A program made the translations under genes and the position numbers. Of a stretch of 64,000 nucleotides of DNA, positions 1 through 12,343 are shown piece after piece; positions within the stretch are counted from its first letter, which is position 1; each line of letters starts with the position of its first letter. The stretch comes from Haliotis cracherodii. Taxonomy: Eukaryota. The stretch is from NCBI RefSeq assembly GCF_022045235.1, contig NW_027266319.1, forward strand, positions 59,024,001 through 59,088,000, written 5' to 3'. Below the pieces are notes generated by a model. The model did no database searches. It was given only the letters and a program-made list of their open reading frames with translations, and was not told the origin of the DNA.

Positions 1-1256
1 TGAAGACTTATGCTACCCCAGATCTTCACGGGTCAAATATATTAAGGACGTGTAAGTACACATAAGAGTGTTGTTATCCAGACTTTGCAGAATGTTAGAC
101 AAACTCATTCCACTTCTTGCATCACATGCAGTACTGCACTGTAAGGCAAGACAGGCCAACAGTCTGGGGTATATTAGAGCTGATGACCAAATTCTACTTA
201 GCATGTGTACAATACTCACACAGCACAAGGATCTGATTATAGATTATACCTAAGAAGATTTCTTGAAGAGGCAACTGACATAATACTGCTGTAATTAGTT
301 ACTACATAATTAGCCCGGGTAATTAATGATATCAGTTCTGGGTGTAATCAGTAGACACACACAAGTCCTTCATGTATCTTTGGTAAGTTGTAAGTCATGT
401 TATATGTAAATAAATTCTTCATTCAAACAAATCACCAATTCATCACCACTTTTGTAAGAACTGGCTAAGGCTAATTTGATCAACATTGAACAATACAAAT
501 GAGTATGACAGTACATGATCATTTCATGGGATCATTTCTTTGTTGATGGCCTTGCAAGTAACAAGTATCCAAAACATCTCCAGTAGAGTTCCAGCATGAT
601 TTGAATACAAATGGGGCAACTGTTCCTTTACCTGGGGAAACCATTATGATGGCATCACACTTGTTGAAGTTGATTCTGAGCCAGGAATTAACTGGACATT
701 CCAAACGTGCATTTCAACAATGAAAAAAATGCAACTATAAAACATATCAACCACAACATGGTTTACGTTGGGGGAAAAAATCATGATTCTGGAAGTAAAA
801 TCACCAGGTTCTCATGATTCCTCCATTAGATGATGTAAGGCCAGGTAGAAGAAATTTTCCACTGAAATTCAAAGCAAGCAAGCAAAAAAACTGTATGCAA
901 AATAAGCACAGGTTAACCATTGTGTGGCTCAACAACTCTTCAAATAGGTCACACTATTCAAAGAATTAACAAGAATCATAAAAAAACCTTCAATACGATC
1001 CAGACCTGTATCAGGATGTATTACGATACGAAGTAAGTATTTGTTACTTACTTAACGAAAGAATAACCCTATCATGCTACACGAGTTGTGCGTTGTTCAT
1101 AAACTTTGGCAGTTGTCATCTTTATGTGCTGATATCTCTTTATGGTGTTCATGTTTGCTCAACACAAGGCTTAAAATGTAGGATGCTTCAATAGGTTGTT
1201 ATACGTGCAGATCTAAAATAGACAAATTCAGTCCATGCCTTTGTATTGTCTTCCTG

Positions 1257-2842
1257 GTGTATCGAGCTATGCATTGTATCGCGACCCCTGTATCGAGACG
1301 TGTATCGTATTGTGACCAGTGTATCGAGCTATGCATTGTATCGCGACCCCTGTATCGAGACGTGTATCGTATTGTGACCAGTGTATCGAGCTATGCATTG
1401 TATCGCGACCCCTGTATCGAGACGTGTATCGTATTGTGACCAGTGTATCGAGCTATGCATTGTGTCGCGACCCCTGTATCGAGACGTGTATCGTATTGTG
1501 ACCAGTGTATCGAGATATGTATCGTATCTTGACCAGTGTATCGAGATGTGTATCATATCGTGCCCAGTGTATCGATGTGTGTATCGTATCGTGCCCAGTG
1601 TATCGAGCTATGCATTGTATCGCGACCCCTGTATCGAGATGTGTATCGTATCGTGACCAGTGTATCGAGCTATGCATTGTATCTTGACCAGTGTATCGAG
1701 ACGTGTATCATATCGTGCCCAGTGTATCGATGTGTGTATCATATCGTGCCCAGTGTATCGAGCTATGCATTGTATAGCGACCCCTGTATCGAGCTGTGTA
1801 TCGTATCGTGACCAGTGTATCGAGCTATGCATTGTATCTTGACCAGTGTATCGAGACGTGTATCATATCGTGCCCAGTGTATCGATGTGTGTATCGTATC
1901 GTGCCCAGTGTATCGAGCTATGCATTGTATAGCGACCCCTGTATCGATGTGTGTATCGTATCGTGACCAGTGTATCGAGCTATGCATTGTATAGCGACCC
2001 CTGTATCGAGACGTGTATCGTATCGTGACCAGTGTATCGAGATATGTATCGTATCTTGACCAGTGTATCGAGATGTGTATCATATCGTGCCCAGTGTATC
2101 GATGTGTGTATCGTATCGTGCCCAGTGTATCGAGCTATGCATTGTATCGCGACCCCTGTATCGAGATGTGTATCATATCGTGACCAGTCTATCGAGATAT
2201 GTATCGTATCATGACCAGTGTATCGAGATGTGTATCATATCGTGACCAGTGTATCGAGATATGTATCGTATCTCGACCCCTGTATCGAGATGTGTATCAT
2301 ATCGTGACCAGTGTATCGAGATATGTATCGTATCGTGCCCAGTGTATCGAGATGTGTATCGTATCGTGCCCAGTGTATCGAGATGTGTATCATATCTTGC
2401 CCAGTGTATCGAGATGTGTATCTTATCGTGACAAGTGTATCTATGTGTGTATCTTATCGTGACAAGTGTATCTATGTGTGTATCTTATCGTGACAAGTGT
2501 ATCGAGATGTGTATCGTATCGTGACAAGTGTATCGATGTGTGTATCGTATCTTGCCCAGTGTATCGATATGTGTATCGTATCTTGCCAAGTGTATTGATA
2601 TGTGTATTGTATCGTGACAACTGTATGGATATGTGTATCATATCTTACCCCGTGTATCGATATGTGAATCGTATCGTTACAAGTGAATGGATATGTGTAT
2701 CGTATCTTGCCCAGAGTATCAATATGTGTATCGTATCGTGCCCAGTGTATTGATATGTGAATCGTATCGTGACAAGTGTATCAATATGTGTATTGTATCG
2801 TGACAAGTGTATCGAGATGTGTATCGTATCTTGCCCAGTCCT
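1257..2842 (+). repeat. 31-bp CpG-rich minisatellite (~50 units, 62-bp dimer structure at left) in DCP1 intron 2
   Basis: Unit ccagtgtatcgagatgtgtatcgtatcgtga and variants; generates the many repetitive ORFs in the track. Confidence 0.95.
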
Positions 2843-2884
2843 TCTCCAATGAAATTAATACATCCATAAAGGAAAAATCCTTAC

Positions 2885-2925
2885 CTTTTGTAGACAAACA
2901 GTGATCCCTCAATTGATGTCTTCTC
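2885..2925 (-). CDS. DCP1: DCP1 coding exon 2
   Basis: Minus strand reads tttctag|GAG AAG ACA TCA ATT GAG GGA TCA CTG TTT GTC TAC AAA AG|gtaag = EKTSIEGSLFVYK(R), the conserved EKTDxEGTLFVY motif. 41 nt, in phase with exon 1. Intron 1 is 2926-18895 (~16 kb). Exon 3 not seen in the window. Confidence 0.95.
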
Positions 2926-4759
2926 CTAGAAATAAATGAGAAGTAATTTTCATTAGTGATAACGTGGATGATTACCCATGTTTAATCATGTATACCACTT
3001 TATCACAGAGTTGATAAGTTCAATGAAAATCCTCTGCAAATTTGGAAAGTCATTTTTGTTGTTGTCCTTCCAACAATCATATCACAGACAGTGTGAATGG
3101 AGAGGACATTTAAGAATTGACTTCAATATGTATTGCACTTATGAACATCAAAACCAGTGTGCATACAGTTGAAATCTAAATAATGTATACACCGATTTTA
3201 CGTTTAGAACGAAAAAACATCTTGAAGTCAATTCATATAAATAAATGTAAACAAAAATAACTTCAGGGACTGCTTATTTAATCATTAACACCATAAAATG
3301 ATTAGACAACAGTACGTAATCAGCGGCATCTTTCACAGCAATGATGCAAAACAAACCCCGTACCTTTCAGGATTCTGTTATCAGCAATCAGGAAACAGTA
3401 GTCTGTTGATGGGCATGGTTTTGTTTGTTTTTTGGGGTTTATGGATTTTTAAACCAATCAACATCAGCCAATAAAATGCCATGGAAGCACTTGCGATTTA
3501 TTTTTTATAAAAAATTCTTTACACATTGTATTCATGTGATAATCGAGCCCCTCTTTTAACCAAAACTAGCTAAAAACTTTAGTCACTTGGATAAAGTCAC
3601 ATTTTCAACATAGCATTAACCTCGTTAACAAAATGCTTTATCAGCATAGAATACAATAACACAGGTGTCTGTCAACAGCCCAATAAACATGCTAAAGAGG
3701 GACTATTTCTAACAAAACAGAGAGCCAAAAAGTTTCATCACAATAATGCTCAACTGTTTTTCTCTCATCCCTTATCAAAAGGTATTGACTCCTAATTCTG
3801 TCTGCAAACATAAAAATACTAAAAACTAATTTCCTATTTAACAACGGTAAATGAAGCAAACTAGCGATAACTGGATTTCTTCAAGTAATGGTTCCAAGTC
3901 ACTTTCAAGCATGTGTTGAAGATATTTTTTGGCTGCCCCAAGCATTAAGACACTACTCGGAGTCTGTAAAAACATTTCCAGACCTATTTCTGCCAGCTCT
4001 GCCCCACTGCCTTTCTACTGCCTGAGTGTGTGGAGTTCATGTCAGTATCCATGTACTCGACTCCATCGCGCACCTGACAGGTGAAACAGGCAACAAGTTG
4101 AACAGAGTTACTTCCCTTCGAATGCAGTTGTACCTTTCAAAATAAGCATCTTTGATAATGGCTATATCAGAAGAGCAATTTGAAAATCTTTGAGAGATGC
4201 ATCGCAAATCTGGAAATACTGACTTTTAGAGAAAACATTATTTTAGGAAATGATGGGACTTTTAATCTTTGTTTAAATTTTGCATAATCTTTTGCACTAA
4301 CCTTCACATTTGACAATATGGATTCATATTGAAAGTTAGCTACATTGACTTGAACATCTTTTATTGATGAAAGCAAATGGATGAGGCACGAGTGGGTCAC
4401 TCACTTAATAAGACGGAAACGTGAATGTTATTATTCAGGATGAGATTTCTCAACATCTTGACATCACTGTCATTGATGTTGATTCACCATTTGTTCATCT
4501 TTCATCCTATCTGCTCATAATGCATAATTAATCAATATATTAACTTTTAGATCTGCAGGGTTTCAGACTGGTTCATTTTCTAGCACAACGACTGATTGTC
4601 ATCCAAAACGACCTGAAGATATTTTTCATTTAGGTAATAATACAGAATAATGTTCTATCAAAATCTGCTAAAAACATGAAAATCTCCTGATGACAATTGT
4701 CTCTAGTAGCATTCCTGGATCTGAAGCTTCTTTAAGCATTGTGAAAATTATTCCATACG

Positions 4760-5022
4760 TTTTGTTTCTTTGTTGTTTAACGCCGCACTCAGCAACATTC
4801 CAGCTATAAGACTGCGGTCTGTAAATAATTGAGTCTGGTTCAGACAATCCAGTGATTAATGTCATGAGCGTCGATCCACGTAATTAGGATCGATGACATT
4901 CATCAACAAAGTCAGCGAGTCTGACCACCCGATCCCATTAGTCACCTCTTACGACAAGCAAAGTCGCCTTTCACGGCAAGCATGGGTTGCTGAGGATCTA
5001 TTCTACCCCGTTTCTTCACGGT
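4760..5022 (-). mobile_element. SINE family B copy
   Basis: Colinear with the 6819-7084 copy over ~260 bp. Confidence 0.85.
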
Positions 5023-5878
5023 TAAATTCCATATGTAACGAACATCCAACAAGATCATGCAGTGCCTGTTTATCCCCACAGCAACAACATTTAAATATAA
5101 GCAACTAAAACATTTATGTAATCATAAGAAATCTCCACTAAAAGCAGAGCCCATTGCACCATTCCGACTATATCATAGGCATGTGTCATAAAAACATTAA
5201 CATGAAAATCCAATCTGTGCAACTTCACACTGTATTGTTTATTTTTGCACGAAGGTATTGTTGTCATATGTACTTGGTTACCTAAACCATTAGTATTACC
5301 ACAATACTGAAACTAGCAGGTTTTTGTACATATTTCATGAAGATCCCAAGGACAACAGACCTGTACTACTGTAACTGATGTGAACACACTAACCATAGAG
5401 CAGTACACAATCATGTCATTACATTATGTTTCCAGTACATCAGTAATATTTCATCAAGATTCCACTGTCATGACACAACATTAGATGGGTTTTCATCACA
5501 TTACCATCCGACATATGTACGGCATAGATAGCCACAACAGATGATAATGATCCTTGATGATGTGTATTCACAGTCAGGTGTGAGAGAGCCTCAATTGTGG
5601 CTTGTCTCCTTCTTTCACACCACTCTCCTTCACATGCTTTAACACAAACCCAGTGTTTTAATCAAGAGGGTTGGTGTTCCTTGAGACTTGCTTCTATGGG
5701 ATTTCAATCTAAGGATACCCTAAATTTTGAACATTTAACAACAGGAAAATGACAGGGCTCCTTCCCTTTCATCTTAATGGTACACATGTACAGGTATATA
5801 CGAAACCATTAAGCATAGGCACTAATTTGTCTTAGTATTTCATCTGGTACTCTCGTTAAAAACATTTATCAGCAATAA

Positions 5879-5881
<3 letters not shown>

Positions 5882-5922
<41 letters not shown>

Positions 5923-5963
5923 ATATTTTACATCATAGTTGTGTCCAGACCGTGTTACCCCAA

Positions 5964-6000
<37 letters not shown>

Positions 6001-6050
6001 ATCAGAAATATTTTACATCATAGTTGTGTCCAGACCGTGTTACCCCAATT
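5882..6050 (+). repeat. Tandem duplication containing (CAT)n microsatellites
   Basis: (cat)n-cagaaatattttacatcatagttgtgtccagaccgtgttaccccaatt occurs twice. Confidence 0.9.
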
Positions 6051-6818
6051 GTCATGCCAGGGATCCCCGAAAATCATTTCTGAGACTCTAAGACTCTGCG
6101 GGGCTCACAAGTAGAAAGACCCAGGTAAATTCCTGACTGCCAGATCCACTAATTGCCAAGGTAGGATACATTAGGCTGTCATACAGACCCTAAAAACAAA
6201 TACCGTAATCCAATACAGCCTATGCAAGTCTCAAGTTGTCGGCAAGTTAAAAAATGATGAGAGTTTCTAGGCTCCTTTTCATTATATTTATCAAGATAAT
6301 TTAACAACTGTTTTTTTTCTGTAAAATATGTTTATTTCAGAGATTAGATGTTAGTGTATGGGATATATCAACATTTGATCTTTTTACTGATGGCAATTCT
6401 TCCTCCTTTTTTGTAAATCAGCAATTTGGATGGATTCAAAAGCCACTCAGCAAAGACACTTTTTGTAATGTGTTATCAACAATGATCAGTAGGGCAATGA
6501 GGAAATTGCAACAAACATGGTGGCTAAATACCATGGTAGCATTTTACACTACATAATTATGCAGCAACAGTAATTACGATTTCATAAAATGTCACAGAAT
6601 ATGACTTGCTTACAGTAATGTCTTAATTGATCTGCCTTTTACGATATGGTAAATGCGATTTGATTGGTGCAATAAGGACAAAAAACATCTGGCTAGTTCA
6701 ATGAGACCTGACTGACTACAACTCAAGAGGCTAAAGTAAGTTAAATATGATTATGATTATGAAGATTGGTTTATCATGATCAGTGTCTTAGACTGTGTGC
6801 ATTACAATTACAGGAACT

Positions 6819-7084
6819 GTTTGTTTATTTGTTGTTTAATGCCGCACTCAGCAATACTCCAGCTGTATGAAGGCGGTCTGTAAATAATTAAGTCTGGACC
6901 AGGCAATCCAGTGATTGACACCATGAGCATCGATCCACCCAATTTGGATACGATGACATGCATCAACCGAGTCAGCGAGCCTGACCACCTGATCCTGTTA
7001 GTCGTCTTTGACGACAAGCATAGTTGCCTTTTACAGCAAACATGGGTTGCTGAAGACCTCTTCTACCCCGGATCTTCACGGGTC
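6819..7084 (-). mobile_element. SINE family B (non-tRNA structured head, (AAAC)n tail), full length
   Basis: 11-bp TSD ttacaggaact (6808-6818 / 7085-7095); 5' end GACCCGTGAAGATCC; 3' tail ggagtattgctgagtgcggcattaaacaacaaa. Confidence 0.9.
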
Positions 7085-9170
7085 TTACAGGAACTAAGTG
7101 AAATGAATCAGCACCATGGTGTATAGGCCAATACATTAGGAATTATGCCAAGTGTCTTGACTGAACCTGCTTATCTACATAGCCAATAAGTAAATACATT
7201 TCATCTGCTGTTGTTCACAATTTACAGGATCCCCAAAACTCAATAAAAGTAAAAAATGATTTGTATCCATGTCTCTCATCATGCACCATCAGTAAGCAAG
7301 TAGGATGGGTTAACACAGCTTGAACACGGCTTCAGTAATATCCTGGCATGTCAGCTTCATTATATTTGAACGTGACTGCCATTTAAATATTTCTTAGGAA
7401 TTTAAGCGAGCACGCTGGTAGGGGCAGATCATAGAGGGGGTACCCGGGTGGTAAATTTGGACTCGTCCCATCTCTAGTGTGAACACTCCTGATGGCTGAT
7501 GGCACAAATCTGGACAGGGTGTTGCAACTAACACTTATAGTCCACCAGTCCTTATGATGATAACACATAGCGAAACCCTTTAAACTGGCAAATTTCTACT
7601 AGTCCTTATGATACCTTAACTATTGGGCAGTTTGGCAAGGACTACAGGACTAGTGCCAATTTCTAACATTGCCTTTGACTACTGGGCCTCCAGTGCCTTA
7701 CATCAGCCATCAGTTGAAGGGGGTGGGGGGGCATCCTGGGTTTGATGCTATAGTCATGATAGTATTGAAATAGACAACCCCTAATTCTGAAGTTTTAAGA
7801 TCAAAGATAAGACACAGATCCCAGCATTAGAAATTGACACCAGTCCTGTAGTCCTTGTCAAACTATCCAATAGTTTAGGTATCAAAAGGACAAGTAGAAA
7901 TATGCCATTTTTAAGGGTTTTGCAAAATGATATCATAATAAGGACTAGGGGACAAATAATGTTAGTTTCTACCGCTGCAGACCCCATGACTTTCCACCTT
8001 TGTTTTGAAGACTGTTAATGAATACACTCAAGGGAATGCAGGATCTCCATTCCGTTGATGATTGAGGCATCCAATTGCTGATCATGAAAGCCACAGAAGT
8101 CTTCATAATTGAGCGACCACATAGTCAGAGTATATACATAATGCCTCCTCATCTGAAAGAAGCAAATTGTCTCGTGGCATGATGGCTCCCTTCCAGATAA
8201 CATACTACAACTGTAGAATAAATAGCTATCCAAGCTGCTCAAGATATGTTAGTGTCTGCCAGAGAAACAAAAAGAGCAGCGTTCACTATATGTTATTCAT
8301 GTTAAACACACTGAAATAAAATTTCTTGATCCTACGCATCTCGTAGGAAGATTATTTCTCTGGCTATAAACTACTCCCACTTAAAAGGTGTATGACTTAT
8401 CCAGTTACTTTCCTATTTTTTTCCAAATCTCTACAGCAAACTAGAATATTATCAATACAACCTCTAAATGACGTTCACCTCACAATGAGAATTACCTGTT
8501 ATTCTTAACATTTTGGACTTTTCCCAGAGTTGAAACATTGTTTTTTAGGACTACTTATATTGAATGTAAAACAAAATTATCAACTAAAAATGTCTTGTAA
8601 ACACATGCTTGGTAATACAGTAATATTCCACACTTGTCCATGAAATCCCAAGCAAGATCGTTAAGGGAAATAACATTTGCAAATAACATTTCCAATTATT
8701 CAAGTCTATATTATGCAACGGGACAACAGAATGATGTGATTCAACGTGGAGTCATGGTGTGGGGAGAATTTACAGAGAAGTTCAATGATTTCTGGTCACT
8801 ACAGAGTAAAATTTGTGAAATTGTGTGATGACATTAGCCAAATATGCTGTTTATGCTGTTTATATTTCTTCACAAAAAACAACGCTGAAGCATGTCACAT
8901 TATATCTGACTACATAGTGACAACTAAGAGATAGCACTTCAAAGAATGAACATTTGTACCAGAATCAAGGACATGTATTAGTTTTACTTTTAGCATCTCA
9001 TTAAACACATAGCTTGAACTGGGATGGAATGAAACCAACTACATCAACAAGCCCGAATAGTGATAACATAGACCAATACCCCCAAAATGTTTGAAATTCT
9101 ACCAGCCTTTAGGATATCATTAACGTTAACAAAACTAGTGTAGACTACCAGGCTAGTGGCAATTCCTATC

Positions 9171-9326
9171 CAGTGGTAGAAACTAACAGTTTCAATCCAC
9201 TAGCCCTCATAATGATAACACATTGCAAAACCCTTAAAAATAGCAAATTTCTACTAGTCCTTATGGTACCTTTACTATTGGGCAGTTTGGCCAGGACTAC
9301 AGGACTAGTGCCAATTTCTAACCCTG
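9171..9326. mobile_element. ~156-bp MITE family (TIR cagNgttagaaa), here nested in the end of an older copy
   Basis: cagtggtagaaa / tttctaaccctg, flanked by ctatc repeats. Copies at 7515-7670, 7822-7977, ~9512-9640, 12113-12268; related larger element at ~14151-14473. Confidence 0.8.
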
Positions 9327-10343
9327 CTATCCCTGTCCAAATTGGTTAACACACTATGAGATTGAAATACAGGATGACGTCAGTATGAACTATCCTCCCA
9401 AACAACAGGATATACTATTTCCCAACATCCTGTTTAAAGCTGATGAAATCAACACAATTGGATGGTTCCTTTTTTTCTTGCATGTGATTGGTTCAATTAT
9501 AAACTCAACGTCAGAAATTGGCACTCGTCCTATAGTCCTTCCCAAAACTGCTCAATAGTGGAGATATCATAAAAACTTGTAGAAATCTGCCATTTTTAAG
9601 GGTTTTGCTATATGTTCTCATTATGAGGACTCGTGGCTTTTGACTTGGGCTTGCTCCAGATACCCAGTAAAAAATACACAGATTCCTCAACTGTAAACAG
9701 GATTCAAATTTTACTTCTTCATGAGATTCTTTCGGTACCATTCATTCTAATTAGAATATCCCTGCAACCTGTTTCAAGCTTGTCGTTTTTAACAAATATT
9801 GTCTTAAAGCTCTTTACTAAAAGGTCTTGGTATGTGAATGCGCATGTGTCATACAAACATGTACAGCATATACACAATATATTAGGCAACAAAATAAGCA
9901 GTGATGTAAAAAATATTCCCTCTCCAACAAAATATGTCGACTCCCCTTTCACAATTAGGTAATGGTCAGGCCCTAATAACCCGAGTATATTCATTGTAAT
10001 ACTGAATATAAACACCATATAACACTGAATTCAAGGTATCTAGATCCAATTACTTAATGACTACCCAAAACAGAACGAGATAGCCACACCATAATTATTG
10101 AAACCTACATAATGAGTAAGAAGATCTCAATGACCACCTGTAAACACATGTGGTAAGGGATAAAAGTGTTTAGCACTAAGTACTACCTACTCCCCATGGC
10201 TGGCTAATGAGCACATGGAGCAGTAGACATCTTGCAAGGGAGCTTACTCTAACAACATTACAAGCCCCTATGACTGTACCTCATAACAGTGTTTAACAGG
10301 GGCATGGCTGGGCCAGTCATAACAAAGTTTTAATTCGGTGAAC

Positions 10344-10659
10344 TTGTGGAATACTAAGATGTCTGACAATGGATACAGTGAGTATTTATAATTTTCATCA
10401 AGAAGCTATGGACAGTTTGGTTTAGAAGTTAAATTTGAACCCAAACTAGAGTTAAAGTTAGATGTATTGAAATTGTTAATGTACCTAGACAATCTTGTCA
10501 CTTGTGGAATAATACTATGATGTATGGAAATGGATAAATTGAGTATATTATTTTCATCATGAAACTATGGACAGCTTGGATTAGAAATTAAATTTGAACT
10601 CAAACTAGAGATAAAGTTAGATGAAATGAAATTGTTCATTACCTAGACATTCTTGTCAC
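10344..10659 (+). repeat. ~158-bp diverged tandem duplication
   Basis: ttgtggaata...tacctagaca(a/t)tcttgtcac occurs twice. Confidence 0.85.
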
Positions 10660-11724
10660 CAATGCTTGTATGTCCCTTTTATTGGACTGATAATTTCCTT
10701 TCATGAAAGTGGTGTACTGTATAATTATCATTTAGGAAAAGGAGGGGAATATATATTCATTTACAAACGAAGAAACAGTTTTAGAAATCAATTTAGTTAA
10801 GTTAATAACTGTCACTGTAAGCTATTGAGCATTTGTAAGTAGGTACAATTGATTTCAAACATAATCAAAAACTACATACACTGTAGTACATTATTCTTAA
10901 GGTGCTTTAGTGAAAAGATACTTTTGAGAACCCATGGCATATATATATGATGTTGCTTTTGTCGTGGTGTTGGCCAATATTCAGTCAGAGGTCTACAGCA
11001 AATTCTAGAATAAATTCCCAAATTAAAATAATATTTTCCCAATAAAAACACTCCTCGAATAATGTTTTTATTTTTAAAAGGTGACTTGTAGTTAATTTAT
11101 CAACATCTCTTCAGAGAAATATAAATTTCCAATATTTATTATTTAATTTTACAACACTGTATTAATTGCAATGCAAAATACCTTGAACTAAATTTGAGAA
11201 GATAAGGGGGTTGGGGGTGTCAACAATTTGCCAGGCACTTACATTTATTTGAAATCCAAGCTAAGACTCATTATACAGACATAGAGACATGTATTGATTT
11301 AACTCTAAAGTGTTAATCTGCAAACACACTGCTCTGTGAAACATTCAATAATCTAACAATCAATATCAGTGAATCATGTCTTCAATATATCCTTCGCCTT
11401 GCATCTTAAACCTTGATGAACTGAAACAGTTATCATGTCAAAGACCTTCACCATATTCACAAAACAAGAAAACAGTATTCCTTTCAAGCCATCAATCTTA
11501 CTTGGAAAACTACCTGTATACATGTTTAATGATCCCCTGACAGCAGCATCAATATCACCCTACCTTGACCACACCACAAGTGTTCATGTGCAAATGTTGC
11601 TTAGAAGTCAGTATAAATAATGCATACAAAGTACTGTTTCAGAAGATGTAATGAGGCATAGAATTAATACATGCATAAGCATGACACTTGACTGAACTGT
11701 TGTGTTCAACAATCAGTAACATGT

Positions 11725-11890
11725 GAGTGAGTGAGTATGGTTTTTACCCCGCTTTCAGCAATGTTCCAGCAATATCACGGCGGGGGACACTAGTAATGGG
11801 CTTCACACATTGTACCCATGTCGGGAACCGAATCCGGGTCTTCGACGTGACGAGCGAATGCTTTAACCACTAGGCTACCCGACCGCCCCG
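11725..11890 (-). mobile_element. SINE family A copy
   Basis: Reverse complement of the family consensus; flanked by acatgt direct repeats. Confidence 0.88.
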
Positions 11891-12024
11891 ACATGTATAA
11901 AGACAACTTCAAAAGGGACTTCAGAGAAGGGGCTTATTTACAGGAGATTAAACTTTAAGTTTGGTTTTATGCATGATAGGAGAACCATTCAACTGTCACT
12001 TTCTGTCCCTCAAGCTGATCAGTA

Positions 12025-12343
12025 GTGAGAATTGTTAACGCCGCTTTTAGCAATATTCCAGCAATATCACAGCGAGGGACACCAGAAATGGGCTTCACAC
12101 ATTGTTCACATGCAGGGATAGAAACTAAAATTTGTAGTCCACTTGTCCTTAAAATGATAAAAAGTAGCAAAAGCCCTATAAAGGGCAAATTTCTACTAGT
12201 CATTATGATACCTTAACCATTGGGCAGTTTGACGAGGATTACAGAACTAGTGCCAATTTCTAACACTGCCCATGTGAGGAATCGAACCTGGGTCTGCGGC
12301 ATGACGAGTGAACACTTTAACCACTAGGCTACCCCACTGCCCC
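12025..12343 (-). mobile_element. SINE family A copy interrupted by a MITE (12113-12268)
   Basis: SINE halves at 12025-12112 and 12269-12343 rejoin colinearly. Confidence 0.85.

Noticed and set aside
781-820. HENLV on the minus strand resembling DCP1 exon 3 (HNLVEP)
   Set aside because: Followed by ILLPES-stop, with no NRL or FLLY motifs; exon 3 is probably left of the window.
1257-2842. CRISPR-like regular repeats
   Set aside because: Units are contiguous with no unique spacers, there are no cas genes, and the context is a eukaryotic intron. The same applies to the other arrays.
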